Assembly (NCBI GenBank): GCA_964449145.1
Contig: CAYUYF010000009.1
Span: 8,938 to 72,937 of the forward strand
Direction: 5' to 3'
Length of the DNA stretch: 64,000 nucleotides
Source: an uncultured Gemmatimonadaceae bacterium
GTDB lineage: Bacteria; Gemmatimonadota; Gemmatimonadetes; Gemmatimonadales; GWC2-71-9
Shown one piece after another: positions 18,884-28,515 of this stretch (its first letter is position 1; every line of letters starts with the position of its first letter). A program made the translations under genes and the position numbers. The notes under the pieces are model-generated. The model worked only from the letters and a program-made list of their open reading frames with translations, was not told where the DNA came from and made no database searches.

Positions 18884-19800
18884 TGCACCCCTGCCGGCCG
18901 TGCGATCACCCGGCGGAGCGCCAGGCCGAACGGCGTGTCGGTGGTAATGTGATGATAGTGAATCCCGCTGGTGCGGCAGTCCCTGCGCCATGCGCTGACC
19001 ACGCCGCTCACGGTGGTGCGGTAGGCGTCGGCCCAGTCTCGCGGCCGGAGGATCACGCCCTGTTGCGTCTCCGGATCCTCGAACCGGGCCTCGGCCGGTC
19101 CCCCGAGCTCCCGCTCGGCCGGATCCATCAGGTGCAGCACCATGACCTGGTGCCCGCGATGTCGCAGGAACTTGAGGGCCCGCATCGCCAGCTCCCGCTC
19201 GAGCAGCAGGTCCGAAATGAACACCACCAGGCCGCGCCGGCGCAGCAGTCCCACCACCCGGCGGAGCGCCGGCTCGGCGGCCGTGCCCGCGCCCGGACGC
19301 AGTCCGTCGAGCGTGGCGAGCAGCTGGTGCCAGTGGGTCCGGCGCACCCGCGCCGGTAGCACGGTGCGGACGACATCGTCGAAGGCAATGAGGCCCGTGG
19401 CGTCCCGCTGCCGGAGCAGCACCAGGGCGAGGGCCGCGGCGAGTCGCTGGGCGTAGGCCAGCTTGGGCAGGGTCTGCTCGGGAGACCCGGTCCAGGCCAT
19501 CGAGCGGCTGATGTCCAGCACCAGCATGGCACGGAGGTTGGTCTCTTCCTCATACTGCTTCACGTAGAGCCGGTCCTTGCGGCCCAGCAGCTTCCAGTCC
19601 ACGTAACGCAACTCATCGCCGGGCTGGTACATCCGGTGTTCGGCGAACTCCACTGAGAAGCCGCGCCGCGGGGAGCGATGCAAGCCGGTGAGGAAGCCCT
19701 CGACCACACCCTCGGTCAGGAGCTCCAGCCCGGCCAGACCGGCGGCCTCACGCGGATCAATAAGATCGAAACGGGGGCGAGGGGTGGCGCTGGCAGACAT
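18880..19800 (-). CDS. DUF58 family protein (MoxR-associated VWA-like)
   Basis: HRSPRRGFSVEFAEHRMYQPGDELRYVDWKL..R.DRLYVKQYEEETN...LVLDISRSM is the canonical DUF58 core. The start is uncertain: ATG at 19800, or TTG at 19839 as in the track. Confidence 0.75.
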   Translation of the reverse strand: MSASATPRPRFDLIDPREAAGLAGLELLTEGVVEGFLTGLHRSPRRGFSVEFAEHRMYQPGDELRYVDWKLLGRKDRLYVKQYEEETNLRAMLVLDISRSMAWTGSPEQTLPKLAYAQRLAAALALVLLRQRDATGLIAFDDVVRTVLPARVRRTHWHQLLATLDGLRPGAGTAAEPALRRVVGLLRRRGLVVFISDLLLERELAMRALKFLRHRGHQVMVLHLMDPAERELGGPAEARFEDPETQQGVILRPRDWADAYRTTVSGVVSAWRRDCRTSGIHYHHITTDTPFGLALRRVIARPAGVQ

Positions 19801-19945
19801 GGGGGCAGCAACGTACGGGGAACGGATGTGTGAAGTCAACGCGAGTGTCCCCAGTCTCGAATCGGAGCTGCTCGATCTGAGACAGGGGCCTGGGATCTTT
19901 TTTCTAAGTTGTTGTGACCAAATAGCTTAAGCCTTGTGCCGGAGC

Positions 19946-19961
19946 TGGCACATACCCTGCT
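19946..19961 (+). promoter_or_regulatory. Candidate sigma-54 (-24/-12) promoter: TGGCAC-ATACC-CTGCT
   Basis: GG at 19947-48 and GC at 19959-60 are separated by exactly 10 nt, as in the TGGCAC-N5-TTGC consensus. The motif lies about 40 nt upstream of ATG 20002 and is preceded by an AT-rich stretch (19895-19930). Confidence 0.35.
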
Positions 19962-20001
19962 TAGGACGGGTCTGTCCACTCCGTTCGTCTCAGGAGGTCC
20001 C

Positions 20002-21432
20002 ATGTCTGGCATGCTCGCGTTCGCTCTGATGGCCCTGACCGGGGGCGTTACCCCTCCCGGCCCCGCCGGTCCCGCCGCCCCCTCTTCCATCATCGCCGCA
20101 TGGGTCCGCGGCAGCGAATCGGAGCGGCCCCGTGTCAGTCTCTGGTTGAACCGTGACGATGTCTACTCTCGCGGCGACCGCGCACGGGTCTACTTCCGAT
20201 CCGACCGCGATGCCTACGTGACGGTGGTCCGCATTGATACCGACGGCCGGGTGCGCATCCTGTTTCCGATCGATCCCTGGGAAGACAACTTTGCCCGGGG
20301 CGGCCGGACCTTCGAGGTGCTGGGACGGGATCGGGACGAAGCCTTCCGGGTGGACGACTATCCCGGGGTCGGTTACGTCTTCGCGATCGCTTCCGACGAT
20401 CCTTTCAACTACGACGACCTCATCCGGGGAGATCACTGGGACTACCGTGCCATCTCGGATGGGCGAGTGCGGGGCGACCCGTACGTTGCGGTAAGCGACA
20501 TTGCCGAACGAGTCGCGGTGGAAGGCGGCTATGACTACGACGTGGCTCAGTACAGCGTCGAGAAGCACTACGACTACCCGCGGTTCGTCTGCTATGACTG
20601 CCACGCGTATGCCAGCTGGCGCTATTGGGACCCCTACAACGCCTACTGCTCGCGGTTCCGGATCGTCATCTACGACGACTGGTACTACTACCCGTACCGG
20701 CGCTACAGCGGCGGTGTGGTAATCGTGCGCCCATACCGCCCGGGCCCGCGGTACGTGTTCAAGGACGTGGACGGCCGGAACGACTATATCACCCGGGTGG
20801 CCCAGCGGCCCAGCTATACCGACGCCAACCGGGGTACGGTAGAGCGGGACCGTGGCAACGTGGACGTGGGCGGTCGGGGCACCATCCCGGCGCCGGTCTC
20901 GCCGCGCCGGCGGACCCCAGCGGCGAGCCCGACCCAGGGGGCAGAGCCCCGCCGCACCCCGGAGCGGCGCACCCAGCCGGATGCCCCGCGAGATCGCGCC
21001 GCGCCCAGTCGCGAGGCGCGGCCGGAGGAGCCGGCTCCGCGCCGGCGGCCCTCGGACCGGACCGAATCGGCGAATCTGCGCGACACCGAGGGAAGTCCCT
21101 CGGAGCCGGTTCGGCGGCGGGATAACGGGACCGCGTCCGCCCCAGACGCCGGGACGTCTCGGGCGGAGCCCTCGCGGCGGGCCCCGGACCGGGCCCCGTC
21201 TGACCGTGGGGACACGCCGTCAGGAGCGGCCCCGACCTGGCGTGAGCCCTCGCGGACCGAGCCGTCGCGGCGTGAGCCGTCGCGGGCGGAGCCGTCGCGG
21301 CGTGAGCCGTCGCGGGCGGAGCCGTCGCGGGCCGAGCCGTCCCGGCGGGAACCCTCGCGGGCGGAGCCCTCCCGCTCCCAGCCACCCCGCTCTACCGGGG
21401 AACCTCAGCTGAAGCGCCGCCGCCCGAATTGA
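20002..21432 (+). CDS. DUF4384-like domain protein with a Tyr/Cys-rich middle and an Arg/Pro/Ser/Glu-rich repetitive tail
   Basis: ATG 20002 is preceded by AGGAGG (19993-98). It has an N-terminal signal-like segment. V.LWLNRDDVYSRGDRARVYFRSDRDAYVTVVRIDTDGRVRILFP matches the DUF4384 pattern. The C-terminus carries 9 x (x-EPSR). Confidence 0.6.
   Translation: MSGMLAFALMALTGGVTPPGPAGPAAPSSIIAAWVRGSESERPRVSLWLNRDDVYSRGDRARVYFRSDRDAYVTVVRIDTDGRVRILFPIDPWEDNFARGGRTFEVLGRDRDEAFRVDDYPGVGYVFAIASDDPFNYDDLIRGDHWDYRAISDGRVRGDPYVAVSDIAERVAVEGGYDYDVAQYSVEKHYDYPRFVCYDCHAYASWRYWDPYNAYCSRFRIVIYDDWYYYPYRRYSGGVVIVRPYRPGPRYVFKDVDGRNDYITRVAQRPSYTDANRGTVERDRGNVDVGGRGTIPAPVSPRRRTPAASPTQGAEPRRTPERRTQPDAPRDRAAPSREARPEEPAPRRRPSDRTESANLRDTEGSPSEPVRRRDNGTASAPDAGTSRAEPSRRAPDRAPSDRGDTPSGAAPTWREPSRTEPSRREPSRAEPSRREPSRAEPSRAEPSRREPSRAEPSRSQPPRSTGEPQLKRRRPN
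21241..21375 (+). repeat. In-frame tandem repeat, 9 units of 15 bp (consensus nnnGAGCCGTCGCGG), including an exact 30-bp duplication
   Basis: Read directly. Units start every 15 nt from 21241, and 21271-21300 is identical to 21301-21330. It encodes REPSR/TEPSR/AEPSR pentapeptides. Confidence 0.95.
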
Positions 21433-21533
21433 CCACTTCGGAAACCTTCGGAGCGCCCGTCCGTACCTCGGTGCGGCCGGGCGCTATCTTTGTGGCCCGT
21501 GCCGGTCTCCATTTCTCCCAACCCGGGTTTCTG

Positions 21534-23075
21534 ATGCGTCGACTCCTGTCCCATACGATCCTGCTCGCGCTTGCGGCCAGCACCCCCGTGCTCGGCCAGT
21601 CTGCTGATCTCAAGGCCGCCGCGGGGTCCATCACGCCGGCGGACGTGACCCGCCGGATCAACATCATTGCCGATGACTCGATGGGCGGGCGGGATACTCC
21701 CAGCCCCGGCCTCGAGAAGACGGCGCAGTACGTGGCCGATGAGTTCAAGCGCTTCGGGCTCAAGCCCGCCGGCGAGAACGGCAGCTGGTTCCAGCGCTAC
21801 ACGATTACCCAGCGGAGACTTGACCCAGGGGCCTCACACGTCGGCCTGATGGGGAACGGAGTGCACGTGCACGCCGATCTCAGCCGGGACGCCCGGTTCG
21901 TCTTTGGGAGTGTGCCGGACGAGGAAGTCCACGGCCCGGCGTTCCTGATTGGCGGCCCGATGTCGCCCGACGCGGTCCAGGGGCTGGATCTCAAAGGGAA
22001 GGCCGTGGTCGCGGTGATTGATTACACCAAGCCGCTGCTCCCGGGCATGCTGCAGGCTCTCGGTGCGCTGATCGAGCGGGGGGCGGCGGGGGTGCTGATC
22101 ATCTCCAACCGCGACTCCGCCACGTTCGCCCAGCGGGTGGCCAGCCAGGCCCAGCTCCGGATCAGCGTGGACGGGAGCGGCGGTGGTACTCCGGTGGTGG
22201 AGGCCCACGAGCGGGCCCTGGGGGCGGCCCTGAAAGATGCTGGCGTGAACCTGGACGAGGTGCGGGCGTCGGAGACGCTGGTGGCCCGCGACATTCCGGG
22301 GATCACGGTCGGATTCGGGCTCAAGGACCAGGTGCTGCAGTCCATGACGGCGCCCAACACCATCGGCATGATCGAGGGCAGCGATCCCGCGCTGCGCCAG
22401 GAATACGTGGTCTTCAGCGCGCACATGGACCATGTCGGGATGTCGCCAGCCAGCGGCTGCCAGCCCAAGAACGGAGACACCATCTGCAACGGCGCCGACG
22501 ATGATGCCTCGGGCACGGTCGGGGTCATCGAGCTGGCCGAGGCCTTTGCCAGGAAAGGCGTGCGCCCCAAGCGGTCGATGATCTTCATGACCGTCAGTGG
22601 CGAGGAGAAGGGCCTGTGGGGCAGCCAGTACTTCAGCGAGCACCCCACGGTACCGCTGGAGCAGATTGTCGCCGATATCAACATGGACATGATTGGCCGG
22701 AACTGGCCCGACACCATCGTGGCCATCGGCAAGGAACATTCCGACCTCGGCGCCACCCTGGAGCGGGTGGTGACCCGGCACCCGGAACTCCGGATGGCCG
22801 CCATTGACGACCGCTGGCCCGAGGAGAACTTCTACTTCCGGTCGGACCACTTCAACTTTGCCCGCAAGGGCGTTCCGGTCCTGTTCTTCTTCAACGGGGT
22901 CCACCCGGATTATCACCAGGTGAGCGATTCGCCGGACAAGATCGACAGCGAGAAGCTGAGCCGGATCGCGCAGCTGGTGTTCTACCTGGGGCAGGAGATC
23001 GGCAACGCGCCTGAGCGGCCCAAGTGGAATCCCGAGAGCTACGACCGGATCGTGGAGAAGAAGGGCGTGAGTTGA
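21534..23075 (+). CDS. M28-family aminopeptidase (with a PA-like insert), secreted
   Basis: I start at MRRLLSHTILLALAASTPVLGQS (signal peptide). Metal-ligand regions are SAHMDHVG, GADDDASG, SGEEKGLWGS and FRSDHF.F. Confidence 0.85.
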   Translation: MRRLLSHTILLALAASTPVLGQSADLKAAAGSITPADVTRRINIIADDSMGGRDTPSPGLEKTAQYVADEFKRFGLKPAGENGSWFQRYTITQRRLDPGASHVGLMGNGVHVHADLSRDARFVFGSVPDEEVHGPAFLIGGPMSPDAVQGLDLKGKAVVAVIDYTKPLLPGMLQALGALIERGAAGVLIISNRDSATFAQRVASQAQLRISVDGSGGGTPVVEAHERALGAALKDAGVNLDEVRASETLVARDIPGITVGFGLKDQVLQSMTAPNTIGMIEGSDPALRQEYVVFSAHMDHVGMSPASGCQPKNGDTICNGADDDASGTVGVIELAEAFARKGVRPKRSMIFMTVSGEEKGLWGSQYFSEHPTVPLEQIVADINMDMIGRNWPDTIVAIGKEHSDLGATLERVVTRHPELRMAAIDDRWPEENFYFRSDHFNFARKGVPVLFFFNGVHPDYHQVSDSPDKIDSEKLSRIAQLVFYLGQEIGNAPERPKWNPESYDRIVEKKGVS

Positions 23076-23119
23076 GGCGACGGTTGGGCGGGTAGGCCGG
23101 TAGGCGGGTAGATAGACTT

Positions 23120-23158
23120 ACAAGGGGTGGACCTCAGGCATCGGGGTTCACCCCTTGT
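23120..23158 (+). terminator. Strong hairpin downstream of the M28 peptidase gene
   Basis: ACAAGGGGTG (23120-29) pairs with CACCCCTTGT (23149-58), extendable by about 4 more pairs. No clear U-tract follows. It is preceded by GGTAGGC repeated at 8-nt period (23091-23111). Confidence 0.35.
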
Positions 23159-23219
23159 TCGCGCCGAGCCACGGGGAGTGGGTCGGCCGGCCGATGCTCC
23201 CTGATTACTTTCCCCGCCC

Positions 23220-24119
23220 ATGTCCGCCCCCCGCGTCGCCCATCTCGAGATGCTGCTGGTGGTGCTGTTCTGGGGCGGCAACTTCACCGCCTCCAAGCTC
23301 GCCTTCCCCACCCTGCCGCCGCTGGCCTTCACGGCAATCCGCTTTCTCTTCGGGTCGGTGCTTCTGTGGGTCCTGGTGGCCCGGCTGGAAGGACACCGAC
23401 CCCTGCCGCGGGACACGCTGTGGCCGTTGATCGGACTGGGGCTGGTGGGGAACACGCTGTACCAGGTGTGCTTCATCACGGGGCTGGCGGGTACCACCGC
23501 CACCAATACCTCGCTCATCCTCAGTTCCATGCCGACGGTAGTGACGGTGACCGCCGGCGCCCTCGGCATGGAGCGGGTGACCAGCCGGCAGCGGTGGGCC
23601 CTTGGTCTGGCCACGGTCGGGGTGGTCTTGACGGTGGCGGCCCGGGGCTTTGATCTGAACGCGGGGGAGTGGCGCGGCGACCTGCTGATCCTGCTGGCGG
23701 TGGGCTGCTGGACGGCCTACACCATCGGGCTGCGGCGGCTGGTCGGGCGGATCTCCGCCCTCGAGATCACCTGCTGGACGATGATCACCGGGACCCCCGG
23801 GCTGCTGCTGCTCGGCGTGCCGGGGCTGCTGGCGCTGGATTGGGGCGCAATCGGGGGCGTGGCCTGGGCGGGGCTGACGTACTCCACCCTGCTCTCGCTG
23901 GTGGCCGCCTACATCCTGTGGACCCGGGCGGTCCAGGGCATCGGCGCCTCCCGGGCGGCGCTGTACACCTGCCTCACCCCGCTGATCGCCACCAGCATCG
24001 CCGTGGTGGTGCTGGGCGAGCGGCCCACGCCGTGGCACCTGGCCGGCGGCGCGCTGATCATCGCCGGGGTGCTGCTGGGCAACACCCGGCTGCTCACCCC
24101 GCGCGGACTAGGGGCGTGA
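23220..24119 (+). CDS. DMT-superfamily (EamA-like) transporter
   Basis: 299 aa with about 10 TM helices. The two EamA halves carry typical motifs (LLVVLFWGGNF, LLILLAVGCWTAYT, GERPT). Confidence 0.8.
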   Translation: MSAPRVAHLEMLLVVLFWGGNFTASKLAFPTLPPLAFTAIRFLFGSVLLWVLVARLEGHRPLPRDTLWPLIGLGLVGNTLYQVCFITGLAGTTATNTSLILSSMPTVVTVTAGALGMERVTSRQRWALGLATVGVVLTVAARGFDLNAGEWRGDLLILLAVGCWTAYTIGLRRLVGRISALEITCWTMITGTPGLLLLGVPGLLALDWGAIGGVAWAGLTYSTLLSLVAAYILWTRAVQGIGASRAALYTCLTPLIATSIAVVVLGERPTPWHLAGGALIIAGVLLGNTRLLTPRGLGA

Positions 24120-24479
24120 CGGGGCCGCGGCGCTGAGCTCCTCCAGCCGCGCCATGGCCCGGCGCAGGTGGGGCACGACGATGCTGCCGCCCACCACCAG
24201 TCCTACCGAGAAGACCTCCAGGAACTCCTCGCGGGTCACACCCTCCTCGTGGCAGCGGACCACGTGATAGGTGATGCAGTCGTCACAGCGCAGCACCAGG
24301 CTGGCCACCAGACCGAGCATCTCCTTGGTCTTGGAGCCGAGGGCGCCGGGTTCGTAGCAGCGATGGTCGAGCGCGAAGAACCGGTTGAGGGTCAGATTGC
24401 CGGCGTTGAGGATGAGGTCATTCATCCGCCCGCGGAACTCGTTGAACTCGGCCAGTGAGCCGGGAGGGGTCGTGGACAT
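24108..24479 (-). CDS. Carboxymuconolactone decarboxylase / AhpD-like family protein
   Basis: 123 aa with the CDDCITYH (CxxC..H) motif within an AhpD-like helical core. Its 3' end overlaps the convergent EamA gene by 12 nt. Confidence 0.8.
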   Translation of the reverse strand: MSTTPPGSLAEFNEFRGRMNDLILNAGNLTLNRFFALDHRCYEPGALGSKTKEMLGLVASLVLRCDDCITYHVVRCHEEGVTREEFLEVFSVGLVVGGSIVVPHLRRAMARLEELSAAAPSRP

Positions 24480-24569
24480 GGGGGTAATCTGGCCCGGCGC
24501 GGCGGGTCCGGGAAGGCGGCGGCGCCCGTCCCCGCCCCGCCATTCCCCCCACCCCTTATCTTACCCGCC

Positions 24570-26372
24570 ATGAAGCAGGCACGAATCCGCAATTTCTGCA
24601 TCGTGGCGCACATCGACCACGGCAAGAGCACCCTCGCCGACCGGCTGATCGAAGCCACCGGCGCGGTCGAGAAGCGTCTGATGCGCGAGCAGCTGCTCGA
24701 CACGATGGACCTCGAGCGTGAGCGCGGGATCACCATCAAGCTCAACGCCGTCCGGATGACCTACCGGGCGCGCGACGGCGAGGACTACGAGCTCAACCTG
24801 ATCGACACCCCCGGGCACGTGGACTTCACCTACGAGGTCTCCCGGTCGCTGGCGGCCTGTGAGGGCGCCATCCTGGTGGTGGACGCCTCCCAGGGGGTCC
24901 AGGCGCAGACGCTGTCCAACCTCTTCCTGGCGCTGGATGCGGGGCTGGAGATCATCCCGGTCCTCAACAAGATCGACCTGCCGGGAGCGGAGCCGGAGCG
25001 CCGCGCGCGGGAGATCATGGACCTCATCGGCTCGCGGCGAGAGGAAATCCTCAGCGTCTCCGCCAAGGAAGGCACTGGCGTCCCCGACCTGCTCGAGGCG
25101 GTGGTGCAGCGGGTCCCGCCGCCGAGCGGCAAGCCCGACGCCCCGCTCCGGGCGCTGATCTTCGATTCCTATTTCGACCGGTACCGGGGCGCCATCCCCA
25201 GTGTGCGGGTGGTGGACGGGACGCTCCGCAAGGGCATGGAGATCGCCTTTGGTGCCCACCCGGCCGACGTCTACGTGGTGGACGAAGTCGGCTACCTGCA
25301 GCTGGGCCAGCGCCCGACGGGGGAGCTGGAGGCAGGGGAGGTGGGCTACGTGGTGGCCAACACCCGCAGCGTGGGGGACACCCGGGCGGGCGACACCATC
25401 TTCGACGCCCACGAGCGGGCGCGGGAGCTCCTGCCGGGGTACCGCGACGTGAAGCCCATGGTCTTTGCCGGGCTCTACCCGACCGACAGCGAGCAGTACG
25501 AGCCGCTCCGCGACGCGCTGGCCAAGCTCAAGCTCAACGACGCCTCGCTGCAGTACGAGCCGGAGACGTCGACCGCGCTCGGGTTCGGCTTCCGTTCCGG
25601 TTTCCTGGGCCTGCTCCACATGGAGATCGTGGGGGAGCGGCTGGAACGGGAGTTCAACCTGGACCTGATCACCACGGTGCCCACGGTGGAGTACTATGTG
25701 TACCTCACCGATGGCTCGATGATGCTGCTGGAGAACCCCACCAAGCTGCCCGATCCCGCCACCATCGCCCGGATCGAGGAGCCGTACGTGAAGGCCCGGA
25801 TCATGAGCCCGGCGGAGTACATCGGCGGGATCATGAAGCTGGGCACCGACCGGCGCGGGGTGTATCATGGCATGAAATACCTGGACCCGTCGCGGGTAGA
25901 GTTCGACTTCGACTTCCCGCTGGGAGAGATCGTGCTGGACTTCTACGACAAGCTCAAGGGCATCTCCCGGGGCTATGCGGCGATGGACTACGAGCTGGCG
26001 GGCTACCGCGAATCGGACCTGGTGCGGCTGGACATGCTGATCAACAACGAGACGGTTGACGCCTTCAGCGTGATCATCCACAAGGACAAGGCGTACGAGT
26101 ACGGCCGCAAGATCGCCGAGAAACTGAAAGAGCTGATTCCCCGGCAGCTGTTCGTGGTAGCCATCCAGGCGGCCATCGGCAACAAGATCATCGCCCGGGA
26201 AACCATCTCCGCCATGCGCAAGGACGTGCTGGCCAAGTGCTACGGCGGGGATATCACCCGCAAGCGCAAGCTCCTCGAGAAGCAGAAGGAGGGAAAGAAG
26301 CGCATGAAGCAGCTGGGCTCGGTGGAGATTCCGCAGGAGGCGTTCCTGGCGGTCCTGCAGGTGGACGACTGA
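24570..26372 (+). CDS. lepA: Elongation factor 4
   Basis: [35 protein letters not shown] and the LepA-specific C-terminal domain ending ...[23 protein letters not shown]. Confidence 0.97.
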   Translation: MKQARIRNFCIVAHIDHGKSTLADRLIEATGAVEKRLMREQLLDTMDLERERGITIKLNAVRMTYRARDGEDYELNLIDTPGHVDFTYEVSRSLAACEGAILVVDASQGVQAQTLSNLFLALDAGLEIIPVLNKIDLPGAEPERRAREIMDLIGSRREEILSVSAKEGTGVPDLLEAVVQRVPPPSGKPDAPLRALIFDSYFDRYRGAIPSVRVVDGTLRKGMEIAFGAHPADVYVVDEVGYLQLGQRPTGELEAGEVGYVVANTRSVGDTRAGDTIFDAHERARELLPGYRDVKPMVFAGLYPTDSEQYEPLRDALAKLKLNDASLQYEPETSTALGFGFRSGFLGLLHMEIVGERLEREFNLDLITTVPTVEYYVYLTDGSMMLLENPTKLPDPATIARIEEPYVKARIMSPAEYIGGIMKLGTDRRGVYHGMKYLDPSRVEFDFDFPLGEIVLDFYDKLKGISRGYAAMDYELAGYRESDLVRLDMLINNETVDAFSVIIHKDKAYEYGRKIAEKLKELIPRQLFVVAIQAAIGNKIIARETISAMRKDVLAKCYGGDITRKRKLLEKQKEGKKRMKQLGSVEIPQEAFLAVLQVDD

Positions 26373-27385
26373 TGACCGGCGGGCCGGCGACGAGTCCCCG
26401 GGCCGCCGCGCCGGTCCTGGTGATCCAGACGGCGCACCTGGGTGATGTGGTCCTGACCACCCCGCTGCTGGCCCGGCTGGCCGAGCAGTACGGCCCGGTG
26501 GATGTGGTGACCACGCCCGCCGCCGCCCCGCTCCTGAACACCCATCCCGCTGTCCGGCGGGTCATTCCCTATGACAAGGCCGGCCGCGACCGCGGCCTCG
26601 CCGGGTTCTTCCGGCTGGTCCGCACCCTGAAGCGGGCGCACTATGCCCGTGCGATGCTGCCGCACGAGTCGGTGCGCTCGAGCCTGCTGGCGTGGCTGGC
26701 GAAGGTGCCGCTGCGGACCGGGTTCCGGGGCGCGCCCGGGCGGTTCTGGTACACGGAGCAGGTGACGCTGCCTGATGGCGCCCATGCCAGCCGCCGGTTC
26801 GGCGCGCTGGCGGGGATCGGGGCCACCCCGCCGCCCAGCCTCGGCCTCACCGAGGACGACCTCCGCAAGGCGGCGGACTGGCTGGCGGGGCAGCGGGTGC
26901 CGACCGGGTTCGTGGCCCTCGCTCCGGGCTCCCGATGGGCGACCAAGCGCTGGCCGCACTATTCCCAGCTCGCCGCCCGGCTGGGCCAGCCGGTGGTGGT
27001 GGTGGGCGGCCATGAGGACCGCCAGCTGGGGGAGGCCATCTGTCAGGCGGCGCCGGGGAAGAGCTGGAACGCGACCGGCCATTTCACCCTGCGCGAGTCC
27101 GCCGCCCTGCTGCAGCACGCCCGGCTGCTGGTGGCCAACGATTCGCTCCCGGTGCACCTCGCCACTGCGGTCCAATGCCCGGTGATCGCCCTGTTCGGCC
27201 CCACCTCACCCAAGTTCGGGTTCGGGCCGATCGGCGCCAAGGACCGGGTGGTGGAACATCCCTCGCTCCCCTGCCGCCCCTGCTCGCGCCACGGGCCGAT
27301 GGTCTGTCCCCTCAAGCACCACCTCTGCATGCGGGACATCAGCGCCGACGCGGTGGCCCGGGCGGTGGAGAGCTGGGGCAAGTGA
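26372..27385 (+). CDS. Glycosyltransferase family 9 (ADP-heptose:LPS heptosyltransferase-like)
   Basis: VLVIQTAHLGDVVLTTPLL, GSRWATKRWP, NDS.PVHLA and LFGPT are GT9 motifs. The ATG overlaps the lepA stop by 1 nt (TGATG). Confidence 0.8.
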   Translation: MTGGPATSPRAAAPVLVIQTAHLGDVVLTTPLLARLAEQYGPVDVVTTPAAAPLLNTHPAVRRVIPYDKAGRDRGLAGFFRLVRTLKRAHYARAMLPHESVRSSLLAWLAKVPLRTGFRGAPGRFWYTEQVTLPDGAHASRRFGALAGIGATPPPSLGLTEDDLRKAADWLAGQRVPTGFVALAPGSRWATKRWPHYSQLAARLGQPVVVVGGHEDRQLGEAICQAAPGKSWNATGHFTLRESAALLQHARLLVANDSLPVHLATAVQCPVIALFGPTSPKFGFGPIGAKDRVVEHPSLPCRPCSRHGPMVCPLKHHLCMRDISADAVARAVESWGK

Positions 27386-27534
27386 GCGCGGAGGAGGACC
27401 GCGGCCGCCGCAGTGCCGGGTGCGGCCCGGCGCGGGAGCAGCCCGGCGGTCGCGATTCGCATTAGATTGCCAGACCGTTGCCGCCCGCCGGGCAGTCCCG
27501 GCCCATTCCCCCACCAGCAGGCCCTCATCACCCC

Positions 27535-28515
27535 ATGCGCTTCATCGTCGGGATAGACCTGGGCGGCACCAACATCGTCACCGGCTGCGTGGCTGAGGAT
27601 GGCAGCGCGGTCCACGGTGTGCGGAGCGTGACCACTGGCGCGGACGAGGGGCCCGACGCCGTGGTCCAGCGGATCATCACCTCGGCCCGGGCCTCCATCG
27701 CCGAGCTGCAGCAACGGGTACCCGGGGCGGAGCTGATCGGGGTCGGATGCGGCGCCCCCGGGCCGCTGGACACCAAGTCCGGCGTGGTGCTGCTGACGCC
27801 CAACCTCGGCTGGGTCAACATGCCGCTCCGCCGGCACCTGTCGGAGGGGCTGGGGCTCAGGACCGCGCTCGACAACGATGCCAACTGCGCGGTGCTGGGC
27901 GAGTGGTGGTGCGGCGCGGCCCGCGGGACCCGCCACGCCCTGGGCCTGACCATCGGCACCGGAATCGGCGGCGGCATCATCATTGACGGCCGGCTGTACC
28001 ACGGGGCATCGGACGTCGCGGGCGAGGTGGGCCACATGACCATCGACGCCAACGGGCGCCGCTGCAAGTGCGGCAACTACGGCTGTGTGGAGGCCTACGC
28101 CTCAGGCCCGAACATCGCGCTCCGCGCGGTGGAGGCGATCGAATCGGGCTCGGCATCCATTCTGGTCGAGTATGTGCACGGCGACCTGACGCAGGCCACC
28201 GCCCAGCTGGTCTACCAGGCGGCGCAGGCGGGCGACGCGCTGGCCCTCGAGGTGGTGCGCGAGACCGCCAAGTTCCTGGGGGCCGCCGTGGGGAGCCTGA
28301 TCAACATCTTCAACCCCGAGGCGGTGGTGATCATGGGCGGGGTCACGCTCGCCGGGGACAACCTGTTCGAGCCGCTGCGCCGGGAAGTCATCCGGCGGGC
28401 CTTCAAACCGGCGGTCCAGGTCTGCCGCATCGTCCCCGGCGAACTGACCGGCGTGGCCGGCGTCTACGGCGCCGCACGCGCCTTCCAGGAGCAAGCCGAG
28501 GCGGGCGTGGTGTGA
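27535..28515 (+). CDS. ROK-family kinase (glucokinase-like)
   Basis: MRFIVGIDLGGTNIV, DNDANCA.LGE, GTGIGGGII and the zinc motif GH....D.....C.CG..GC.E. Confidence 0.85.
   Translation: MRFIVGIDLGGTNIVTGCVAEDGSAVHGVRSVTTGADEGPDAVVQRIITSARASIAELQQRVPGAELIGVGCGAPGPLDTKSGVVLLTPNLGWVNMPLRRHLSEGLGLRTALDNDANCAVLGEWWCGAARGTRHALGLTIGTGIGGGIIIDGRLYHGASDVAGEVGHMTIDANGRRCKCGNYGCVEAYASGPNIALRAVEAIESGSASILVEYVHGDLTQATAQLVYQAAQAGDALALEVVRETAKFLGAAVGSLINIFNPEAVVIMGGVTLAGDNLFEPLRREVIRRAFKPAVQVCRIVPGELTGVAGVYGAARAFQEQAEAGVV

Noticed and set aside
21241-21375. Possible CRISPR-like array
   Set aside because: The 15-bp units are contiguous with no spacers, are in frame inside a CDS (EPSR pentapeptides), and no cas genes are present.
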